A DNA stretch of 64,000 nt from Candidatus Aminicenantales bacterium (lineage in GTDB: Bacteria; Acidobacteriota; Aminicenantia; Aminicenantales; Saccharicenantaceae): positions 62,001 through 126,000 of the forward strand of contig JBEKXF010000010.1 in the NCBI GenBank assembly GCA_049512315.1, read 5' to 3'. Under the pieces are notes generated by a model, which did not search any database, was not told the origin of the DNA, and was given only the letters and a program-made list of their open reading frames with translations. Positions 27,777 to 35,715 of the stretch are shown here, piece by piece. Positions within the stretch are counted from its first letter, which is position 1. Each line of letters opens with the position of its first letter. A program made the translations under genes and the position numbers.

Positions 27777-28574
27777 CTAAAAGACGAGTTTCAGTCCTCC
27801 GCCGAGCCTGAGCCCGCCTAGCGCGAGATTCAATTGAGGAATTCCACTCGAGGGCTGGAAACCGGCTTTTGCCCAGAGATATCGGGCCGTAATAAAAACG
27901 GCAAAATTCTTGCTGAGATATAAATTCACGCTTGATCCCGCATTGAGGCCTATGACATTTTTCCTTAGTTTTTCGGTCTGGGGGGTGATGCTGATTGAGT
28001 CATAAGGATACGCGGATTCCGTATAGGCGATGGCGCCCGTTAGTTCGGCACTCGTAATAAAATAGGTCGGGCCTGCATAGAGGTCCAGTCCAAGTTTGCC
28101 GAAAGGAATACTGTAGATCAGATCGAGAGAGAAAGCGCTTTCCTGTATTTTGCGGCGCTCCGTGCTATCTGCCTCTCTTGGAGAATTAAAATAAAGCGGG
28201 TGAGGAATAGAAGCCCTGTTTCCCGCGATAAGATTCCGTGAAGCCAAATCAAAGCCAAGCTCAATCCCCACCTGATCCGAAAACCTGTAGCCCAGACCAA
28301 CACTCCATGAATGGCCTTTTCCAACATCATAATTTACAGAATAGGAGGCATTTTCCTGGTAAACAACCTGCGTCCAGGAGATGGATTCGTTGACTTTTAA
28401 AAGATCCGCGCCGTAAGCGAATCTGAGAGAGATCTTTGGAGATCTTGGAATTCTGGGAGCGGTTGTTTGAAAACCAGGCTTTTCCTGGAAGCCCAGCTCT
28501 TTGGTTTCGCTGGAGAACGAAACAGACGAAATGAATAATGCGGAGACGAGCAATACTCCTATCTTCTCCGTCAT
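27777..28574 (-). CDS. Outer-membrane beta-barrel protein
   Basis: Signal peptide, alternating amphipathic strands, C-terminal LKLVF. Confidence 0.7.
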   Translation of the reverse strand: MTEKIGVLLVSALFISSVSFSSETKELGFQEKPGFQTTAPRIPRSPKISLRFAYGADLLKVNESISWTQVVYQENASYSVNYDVGKGHSWSVGLGYRFSDQVGIELGFDLASRNLIAGNRASIPHPLYFNSPREADSTERRKIQESAFSLDLIYSIPFGKLGLDLYAGPTYFITSAELTGAIAYTESAYPYDSISITPQTEKLRKNVIGLNAGSSVNLYLSKNFAVFITARYLWAKAGFQPSSGIPQLNLALGGLRLGGGLKLVF

Positions 28575-28585
28575 CGTCTCTTTTC

Positions 28586-30268
28586 TCAATTGAACGTCCA
28601 CCCGATAGCTTCCATCGCGTTAATCGTCTGGGCATATTCGTTACTGCTTGCCCCATATAAATCACCTGCGGATTGAAGCAGGCCATTTGCCGCGTCCAGA
28701 AAATTAGCCGTCGGCGTCAGATAAAAGGTCCAAGCGCGATAAAATATCTTTGTTGCTTTTTCAATTCCGAGGCCCGAAACGCTGAGACCGGACACTTTGT
28801 TCGTTCCTCCCGCGGCCAGCAGATAATAGGCATGCGAATAGAGGGTCGAATTGAAATGGACGCCCCCAAAATCGCTTACCGGATTCTGGAAAATGCGGAC
28901 CTGCGATAAATGGCATGGATAAGGGTACTTCACGCCTGAATATTCCCAGGTTGTGGAATTTGGGTCAGATAGATCTCTAAGGTAGCTCGTAGCACCGTAA
29001 TATTGATTGCCAATATACGGCGGGTCAATATCCTCTCCGATAAGCCAATCAGCTTTGTCGAATCCCTGTCCTTCAGGTTGCCAGTAGAATTCAACTGCGG
29101 TGCCTATGATATCGGAGAAACCCTCATTCAGCGCGCCGGGCTGAGCGACGTCATCGCAGTAGTACGCCAGGCCGGATGAGTATTGGGTAATTCCATGCGC
29201 ATACTCATGGGCAACGATATCCAGAGCACCCGCCGTAGGGGTATCAACGAACATCTCGCCGCCGGTCCAGAACGCAATGTTTGCAGTGGGAAAATGAACG
29301 TGAGCAATGAGAGCCTTTTGATTGGTATCATCAAGCCCGGCTCTGCCAAGCACGGAATAACAATAATCGTAGGTCAAGCCGACGTAGGCATGGACACTCA
29401 CCAATGCTCCGTCACTATCCCAAATGTTGTCAGCATCCGAGGCGATATCGTCGGAATTTCCGTAATCACGCGTTATTTGATTGACCGGCCGCACTCGACT
29501 GTAGTCTGCAAGCCAATACATATTATTCGCATGCGTTGTCGGCAATTTAAATTGTTCGCCATGCACGCCTGTGCCTAAACCGATGGTCAGGCCGTCATAA
29601 TTCACATTGGAATATTCCTTGAGAACCTCGCCGCTCCTGGCGTCTACGATCCCTGTCATGCTGTAGGTGATCCCCTTGTTCATCGTCAGCCGATAAGCGA
29701 GCCGATAATCCCCATCATTCACCGGGTAGATGATCAGCGTCGGGCCCTCTTTATTCTCCGTGAGGTCAGGCTCTGCTAAATGCATCTGAAAGAGTTGACT
29801 CGCTGTGTTTGCGCCTATGAGAGGCGTCATCTCAACCTCGATCCCCTCATAATATTCGCCGGTCGTACTGATGACTCTTCCTTGCTTGAGGTGTTGAATG
29901 ACCTGCGCTCCCAGGACTTCTGCTCCTTTGTAATATTGCGTATATCTGCGGTGTTCCATCCGGGCGAGGCGATCGATCTCGACTCGCTTCAGCAGGAGAT
30001 TGCCCTTGCCGATTTCCCTGGCGATATTTGTCAGCGATTTCCGACTTCCGGCTGAGATGGCCTGTTTTACGAATAACGGGCTTTCTCGAGATGTACGGAT
30101 CCGCGGCAGGTCCAAGGCGGCTGGCGCCTCGATTCTTTCGCCGATTCTCTTCAATCGATTCCCGTCAGCGGCTCGGAAATAAACTTTGCCGACATACTCA
30201 CTCCGCAGGAAAGAAAGCCCGAAAAAAACGCACAGAACAAGTCCGAAAACTTTCTTCATCCGGCTCAT
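28586..30268 (-). CDS. Peptidase M4 (thermolysin family) preproprotein
   Basis: Signal peptide, FTP/PepSY-like propeptide, HEYAH, GALNEGFSD, GGVHFNS. Confidence 0.92.
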   Translation of the reverse strand: MSRMKKVFGLVLCVFFGLSFLRSEYVGKVYFRAADGNRLKRIGERIEAPAALDLPRIRTSRESPLFVKQAISAGSRKSLTNIAREIGKGNLLLKRVEIDRLARMEHRRYTQYYKGAEVLGAQVIQHLKQGRVISTTGEYYEGIEVEMTPLIGANTASQLFQMHLAEPDLTENKEGPTLIIYPVNDGDYRLAYRLTMNKGITYSMTGIVDARSGEVLKEYSNVNYDGLTIGLGTGVHGEQFKLPTTHANNMYWLADYSRVRPVNQITRDYGNSDDIASDADNIWDSDGALVSVHAYVGLTYDYCYSVLGRAGLDDTNQKALIAHVHFPTANIAFWTGGEMFVDTPTAGALDIVAHEYAHGITQYSSGLAYYCDDVAQPGALNEGFSDIIGTAVEFYWQPEGQGFDKADWLIGEDIDPPYIGNQYYGATSYLRDLSDPNSTTWEYSGVKYPYPCHLSQVRIFQNPVSDFGGVHFNSTLYSHAYYLLAAGGTNKVSGLSVSGLGIEKATKIFYRAWTFYLTPTANFLDAANGLLQSAGDLYGASSNEYAQTINAMEAIGWTFN

Positions 30269-30399
30269 GAGTCGCTCCTTTCGGAAATGCGCATTCTGTT
30301 CATTTCTTTGAGGTCTTGGGAGAGGGGGGAAATCGCTTTTTTACAGCATCTAAACCCAAGCACTCCTCGTCCCGCCGCTGCGACTCCTGTCGCTCATCG

Positions 30400-30429
30400 A
30401 TGATATTCCGCGACCTCTCTTTCTGTCAA
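30400..30429 (-). promoter_or_regulatory. Putative sigma70 promoter of the M4/beta-barrel pair
   Basis: Minus strand TTGACA-N18-TATCAT. Confidence 0.6.
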
Positions 30430-30468
30430 GAACAAAAGGCTTGGGCTTAAGATAGGGCCAGGCCTCGT

Positions 30469-31545
30469 TCAGTCTCTGACGCTGAAGAACCGGATGCCGT
30501 AGCGCCTGAGGAAGAGAGCGATCTCATCCCCCAGCTCATTGGTTGAAACAGAATGTTCTTTATTCTCGACATCAAACCACATGATATTCAGACCGTTGAG
30601 CTTTCTCCGGTCTTCGACGGAAATTTTCTTGAGGCTTAAGAAAACATCGACATTTGCGGGCAATGGGTTGACGATTCTTTCTCCGGCGGACTCGACGGCG
30701 ACGCGAAGCCGCCAGCCTTTTGTCCCCTTCAGGCCGCGCTTTTTCGTCCGGAATATCGTATAGTCGGGGCCCGGTCCTTCGCATCTCAGGCCCGAACCCT
30801 GGAAGAAGAGGATCATCTCCCGGACCATGTTTTCGAAAAGCCTGGCCTTCTCCTCCACGGACAGGTCTTTGGGGAATTCCGGAAACTTGCTCACGACGCG
30901 GGCCGGATAGCCGATAGCCAGGCATCTGGGCGGAATATTCCGATTCACGAGCGAATTGGCCCCGATCACCGCGCCATCCCCGATCTTGGTCCCGGGAAGG
31001 ACGAACACCCGCCAGGACAGGGAAACGCTTTTCCCGATCTCGATGGGCTCGAAGTCCACCGCGTACCCTTCGAGTTGGCTCAACCAGGAGGTGTGACCGA
31101 AAAGAAGGCAATCCCCGCCGATGCCGCTGTCGTCGCCGATCGTGATCGACCGGCAGGGGTTGATGAACGACATCTGCATGATCTGGCAGTTGCGGCCGAT
31201 GACGAGCTTGGAATCCGGGAACTGCAGGCCGCCGACGAACACCTGTTCATTGATCTTGCTGCCGTCGCCGATTTCGATAAATGGAGTATCGATAAACGTC
31301 GTCGCTCCGATCTGGACGTGGTCGCCGATCTTGATGTGCCGGCCTCGGACAAACGACAAGAAGCTGATCGAGGCATGATCCCCGATGGTGACATCATCCC
31401 CGACGATGACCGACCCAAAGCCTATCGAGACGTTTTTCCCGATCCGATAGCCCTTCAGCCGGTAGACGAGCTTTTTCAGGAAATTGGGCAAGCAGCCCAT
31501 GAGAACCATTTGCCTAATGGGAAAGCGGGGCCTGGGGATCAGCAT
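30469..31545 (-). CDS. Long left-handed beta-helix acyltransferase with an extra C-terminal domain
   Basis: Many hexapeptide repeats (IGKNVSIG, IGDHVQIG, IGDGAVIGANS) plus ~130 aa non-repeat tail. Confidence 0.8.
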   Translation of the reverse strand: MLIPRPRFPIRQMVLMGCLPNFLKKLVYRLKGYRIGKNVSIGFGSVIVGDDVTIGDHASISFLSFVRGRHIKIGDHVQIGATTFIDTPFIEIGDGSKINEQVFVGGLQFPDSKLVIGRNCQIMQMSFINPCRSITIGDDSGIGGDCLLFGHTSWLSQLEGYAVDFEPIEIGKSVSLSWRVFVLPGTKIGDGAVIGANSLVNRNIPPRCLAIGYPARVVSKFPEFPKDLSVEEKARLFENMVREMILFFQGSGLRCEGPGPDYTIFRTKKRGLKGTKGWRLRVAVESAGERIVNPLPANVDVFLSLKKISVEDRRKLNGLNIMWFDVENKEHSVSTNELGDEIALFLRRYGIRFFSVRD

Positions 31546-31546
31546 C

Positions 31547-32311
31547 CTACTCCCCCACCAGACTCAGGCCGCCGTCCACGACCAGGGTGTGGCCGACGAT
31601 GCCCTGGGCCGCGTCCGAGCAAAGAAATTGAGCCGCCCAGGCCGTTTCTTCCAGGGTCGTGAGCCGTTCGAGGGGTGATCTCTTGAGAGCCCCAGCGAGC
31701 CGGGCTTCGCCGTCCGGCATGACTACCCAAGCCTGGGTGCGTACCGGCCCCGGAGAGAGGATATTGACCCGTATTCCCTTCGGGGCCAGCTCTACGGCCA
31801 TGTGACGGGCCAGGGATTCTAGGGCCCCCTTGGAGGCGCCGACCAGGGAATAGGCGGGGACGACCTGTCGGGCGCCTTGGGAAGACATGGCCACGATGGA
31901 CGCTGGCGCCTTGAATCTCGGCAACATCAGCTTGACCAGCTCGAAAAAAGCCTGCACATTCAGGGCGAATGTCCAGTCAAAATGCCGCCTGTTCAGCTCC
32001 GCCAACGGCCTGTGAACCCCGGTGGCCGCGCAAAAAATCAGCCCGGATAGGGATTCCAGATTGGCCCCGATGTCCTCATCGAGATGGGCCAGGCCCTTGG
32101 CGCTCGTCAGGTCGGCCCGGCATATCGAAAGAGCGAGGTTCTCCCGCTCGGCCTCTTCCCTAAGCGCTTGGGCCGAACGCTCGTCGCGCACGTAGTTGGC
32201 GACGACCCGGGCCCCGGAGCGGGCGAATTGGACCGATATCGCCCGCCCGATGCCCCGGGTCCCACCCGCCACAAGAAAGGATTTTCCTTCGAGAGAGAAC
32301 ATTTTGTCCAT
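31547..32311 (-). CDS. SDR oxidoreductase, FabL/FabI-like enoyl-ACP reductase
   Basis: GGTRGIG; catalytic Y-x6-K spacing (YSLVGASK); GGAGG RBS before ATG 32311. Confidence 0.75.
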   Translation of the reverse strand: MDKMFSLEGKSFLVAGGTRGIGRAISVQFARSGARVVANYVRDERSAQALREEAERENLALSICRADLTSAKGLAHLDEDIGANLESLSGLIFCAATGVHRPLAELNRRHFDWTFALNVQAFFELVKLMLPRFKAPASIVAMSSQGARQVVPAYSLVGASKGALESLARHMAVELAPKGIRVNILSPGPVRTQAWVVMPDGEARLAGALKRSPLERLTTLEETAWAAQFLCSDAAQGIVGHTLVVDGGLSLVGE

Positions 32312-32315
32312 GACC

Positions 32316-32777
32316 TTAGCCTCCTCCAGATTGCCGGGAAGCCAGGAAGGATTCCAAGACTTCGTCGCGGTAGCCCGGGGCGAACTCTCCGAGCGGCAGG
32401 AACGAGAAGAGGAGGTCGGCCGTGCAGACCTTTGCCCCATTGACTTTGATCGAGCACACAGCCGTGGCATACTGGGCCTGACTTGTCCGGATCTCCGCCG
32501 TGATCAACGCGGTCGCACCCGGCCTGACCCACTCCCGGAAAGATGCCGAGCGAATCTGGGCCAACATGGCTTTCCCCTTCCCCTTATCCTTGCCCTCGGC
32601 ATCCAGGCACTTACCGGCTGCCTGGGCCATCATCTCCGTAAGCAGGACCCCGGGCACTACCGGAAATCCAGGAAAATGGTCCCGGAAAAAATCCTGGTCG
32701 CCGGAAATGTGGTATTCCGCCTTGATGGATTTTCCCGGCTCAAGCTCCAGGATCCGGTCTACGAACAGGAAGCGCAT
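32316..32777 (-). CDS. fabZ: FabZ-like 3-hydroxyacyl-ACP dehydratase
   Basis: FLFVDRI, HFPGFPVVPGVLLTE. Confidence 0.85.
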   Translation of the reverse strand: MRFLFVDRILELEPGKSIKAEYHISGDQDFFRDHFPGFPVVPGVLLTEMMAQAAGKCLDAEGKDKGKGKAMLAQIRSASFREWVRPGATALITAEIRTSQAQYATAVCSIKVNGAKVCTADLLFSFLPLGEFAPGYRDEVLESFLASRQSGGG

Positions 32778-32784
32778 GCCTTGA

Positions 32785-33033
32785 TCAACCGTCCACGAGC
32801 TTGCCGTGTTTGCGGAGAAGATCCAGGATGTCCGCCACGGAATTCATCTGCTGGATCTCCTCATCGGTGAGCAGGACCTGGAAGTCCTCGTCCAACCGAG
32901 CCATCAGGGTCATGATTCCCAGGGAGTCCCAAGCCTCGATATCCTCCCTTTTCGTTTCCGACCGGATTTTCTCGACGGGACTCTCAAAGATATCCGCGAC
33001 CCAGGCCAGAATTTCGTTCGCGTCCTTAGCCAC
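32785..33033 (-). CDS. Acyl carrier protein (DSL-type)
   Basis: AWDSLGIM, acidic ~82 aa; GTG 33033 (alternative TTG 33042) after GAGGAG. Confidence 0.88.
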   Translation of the reverse strand: MAKDANEILAWVADIFESPVEKIRSETKREDIEAWDSLGIMTLMARLDEDFQVLLTDEEIQQMNSVADILDLLRKHGKLVDG

Positions 33034-33083
33034 GGCTCTCAAATCTCCTCAATCGGCAATATATCCGCCATTGCCGTCCAAAA

Positions 33084-34124
33084 TCAACACCGGTTGTCGA
33101 ATTCCACGTGTCCCAGAGCCGCATCCGGTTCCAGCCGGACGAGCGCCGAGCCCCAGGACAGCCCCACGCCGTAGCCGACGAGCATCAAGGTCAGGGGGCG
33201 GCCGGGCGGCCGGTCCAGCCCCCCCTGGACGACCGTCAGAGGGATCGAGGGGCCGCCCGTATTCCCGTAATCCGCGAGCGTCATGGGGACTTTGGCTTCC
33301 GGGATCCCCATTTTCTTGCCCAGATGGCGCATGATGAACTGGTTGGATTGATGGAGAACGTAATAGTCCACGTCCTCCTTCTTCAACCCGGCGAGATCCA
33401 AGGTGTCCTGGATGATGGTGGGAACGCGCTTGATCGAGAAATTGAAGATGTTGGCCCCGTTCATCGAGACGCAATATCTCCGCATATCATTCGGGAACCG
33501 CTCTCGAAATCCCCCTCCGCGAATGATCAGGTCCTCATAGCCGCTGCCGTCGGTGTGGAGGACGAAAGACCAGGGGTCCGCGCCTACGGGACCGCCCATC
33601 TCCAGGGCGGTGGCCGACCCGGCATCGCCGAAAAGGAGCGAGACTGACCGGTCGCTTTCGTCGGCGAACCGGGCCGGAGTTTCCCCGTGCAAGAGCAGGG
33701 CCCTTTTGATCCCGCCGCCGGAGACCATGAGGGAACCCAGCCAAAGGCCGTACGGATAGCCCGAGCAGCCCAGTCCGACATCGAAAGCGGCACAGGTATT
33801 GGGGAGCCCGAGCTTCATCTGTAAAAGGCAGGCCGTGGAAGGCAGAAGATAGTCCGGTGACTGGGTGACCATGATCAGGGCGTCGACCGAATCCCGTTCC
33901 CAGCCGATTCTTTCGAGGAGCGATTCGGCCGCCGCCTGGCAGAGGTCGCTGCTGCAGACGGATTCGCCGGCCATCCGCCGGCTCTTGACCCCGGCCATGC
34001 CGACGACCTTGCGGACTTCGTCTTTGGTGAATCCCGCGGCGTCCTTAAGGTTGTCGAACTGCCGCGATGGGACCGCGGACATCACTCCCCTGATTGTTAC
34101 GCCTTGGATCGTGCACTTGGCCAT
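33084..34124 (-). CDS. fabH: 3-oxoacyl-ACP synthase III-like
   Basis: Cys-His-Asn triad: LGCSG, LHQSN, YGNTG; GYGVGLSW. Confidence 0.9.
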   Translation of the reverse strand: MAKCTIQGVTIRGVMSAVPSRQFDNLKDAAGFTKDEVRKVVGMAGVKSRRMAGESVCSSDLCQAAAESLLERIGWERDSVDALIMVTQSPDYLLPSTACLLQMKLGLPNTCAAFDVGLGCSGYPYGLWLGSLMVSGGGIKRALLLHGETPARFADESDRSVSLLFGDAGSATALEMGGPVGADPWSFVLHTDGSGYEDLIIRGGGFRERFPNDMRRYCVSMNGANIFNFSIKRVPTIIQDTLDLAGLKKEDVDYYVLHQSNQFIMRHLGKKMGIPEAKVPMTLADYGNTGGPSIPLTVVQGGLDRPPGRPLTLMLVGYGVGLSWGSALVRLEPDAALGHVEFDNRC

Positions 34125-34175
34125 GTTATTGTATGCGCTTTCGTATCTTTCTGCGCCCCGCTTTCCACCGAAAAA

Positions 34176-34204
34176 ATCTTAATTCATGGCCCCGGCGATG
34201 TCAA
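34176..34204 (-). promoter_or_regulatory. Putative sigma70 promoter of the fabH cassette
   Basis: Minus strand TTGACA-N17-TAAGAT. Confidence 0.65.
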
Positions 34205-34228
34205 GGACGCCTGGGCCAGGCGTCTGTG

Positions 34229-35602
34229 TTATTGCGCTTCGAGAACCAACACCCAATCCCCGGCGCCGTCGGCATGGACGCCGGGGGTCGTAAAGGTTTG
34301 AGAGGCGGTGTTGGGGAAGGGCGACCCGGCGATCGGTTGGTAGCTTCCGGTGGTCGGGTCATACCAACGGGCGGTGATAGCGCCGGAAAGGCGGGCCAAA
34401 TCGACGGTGACCGTCCGGGCTGAGGGGACATAGACGAGAGCGAGCTTGCCGTCGGGAGTCGAGCCGGCGGTGACGTAGTCGTTTAAGCTGATGCCGGAGC
34501 TGGGCGTGCCTCCGGACCAGAACGTGCCATAGCCGGCCGTGACAAGCATGTGCGCTTGGTCCGGAACAAGGGTGGACCAGGGACGGGATTGGAAAAGGGC
34601 CTTACAATAACCCAGCTGAGTCACACCTGTCGTGTCGAGATTGTCCTTCCATCCAGCGATCATCGGCCAGACAAAGGCGCTTCCATACACGTAGCCGCAG
34701 GAGCCGGCGATGAATGACCAGTAATCCTGACGCCGCAGACGCTCGGGGTCAGCTCCGTTTTCGAACTCGTAATCGGACTCGACCAGGAAAACAGGGACGA
34801 CCGGCGTCCGGTTGTAATCCTTGAGCACCTCGGCATAGGCCGGGTAGTAGGTATAGGCGGCGTTGAGCGTGACCAGGTCGGACCAAAGGATGTCATCGAG
34901 CGAACTGCTGACGAAGTAGTCGAGCTGTAAAGTATGGATATGGCGGCTGTCGGTTTCCCTGATCCCGTCGGCGACGGCCTTGACCACGGCGTTGTCGCTG
35001 GGATCGCTCCAGGTTTGGAAGTCGCAACCGAACCACCATATCAGGTTGTCAAAGCTCTTGTATCGGTTTCCGAGATAGCGGCCATAGGCCTCACATTTGT
35101 CCACGCCGTTCGCATGCATCATGCTAATGAAACCAGCAGCCTCGGCGGGGTTCAGCATGACCGTGATGCCGTGGCTCGCTGCGGAGCGGATCATTTCATC
35201 GCACCGGGCAAAGTATACCTCGTTCGGAGTAGAAAGGTCGCCGGCCGTGGTGAACGGCATTAGGCCGTCGAAGGTGCTGGCGTCGGCACGCCCGCCGCCA
35301 TATTCATCGCAGATGAGCTCGATCTCGACGATGTTGAAGCCATGGGAGGCACGATTGGCCAGGTAGTATTCGGCGTCGCTCAGAGAGCCGTTGACCATAA
35401 GCGAAGAGGCATCGTCGCCGATCATAAGGAATGTGGCGTTTTTCTGATCGACCAGGTAGCGGCCGCTGGAGCTGACCTTGAGCGGGTACACAAACCCGCT
35501 CGTCCCTCCCCCGCCTCCGCCGGTTTCGCAGGAGGCAAGGAGAAAGGCCAAACTGAGCACAACAACGGATAGCCGCTTCCTGAAATCTATCTGTTTCGTC
35601 AC
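34229..35602 (-). CDS. DUF4038 / GH140 (apiosidase-like) lipoprotein with C-terminal putative collagen-binding-like domain
   Basis: Lipobox LLASC, Gly linker, PLKVSSSGRYLVD, FLVESDYE, ARWYDPTTG, DWVLVL. Confidence 0.75.
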   Translation of the reverse strand: MTKQIDFRKRLSVVVLSLAFLLASCETGGGGGGTSGFVYPLKVSSSGRYLVDQKNATFLMIGDDASSLMVNGSLSDAEYYLANRASHGFNIVEIELICDEYGGGRADASTFDGLMPFTTAGDLSTPNEVYFARCDEMIRSAASHGITVMLNPAEAAGFISMMHANGVDKCEAYGRYLGNRYKSFDNLIWWFGCDFQTWSDPSDNAVVKAVADGIRETDSRHIHTLQLDYFVSSSLDDILWSDLVTLNAAYTYYPAYAEVLKDYNRTPVVPVFLVESDYEFENGADPERLRRQDYWSFIAGSCGYVYGSAFVWPMIAGWKDNLDTTGVTQLGYCKALFQSRPWSTLVPDQAHMLVTAGYGTFWSGGTPSSGISLNDYVTAGSTPDGKLALVYVPSARTVTVDLARLSGAITARWYDPTTGSYQPIAGSPFPNTASQTFTTPGVHADGAGDWVLVLEAQ

Positions 35603-35678
35603 AAAACAATCATATCACCCGCCGCAAATGGGGACCAATCAAATGTCCAATATCGTGACATACCATCAAGGGCGGCTC

Positions 35679-35707
35679 TTGAAAATTTATCGTTTTTTCG
35701 TTATAAG
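35679..35707 (+). promoter_or_regulatory. Putative sigma70 promoter giving a near-leaderless transcript
   Basis: TTGAAA-N17-TATAAG only 8 nt before ATG 35716; no SD visible. Confidence 0.5.
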
Positions 35708-35715
35708 AAAGAATC

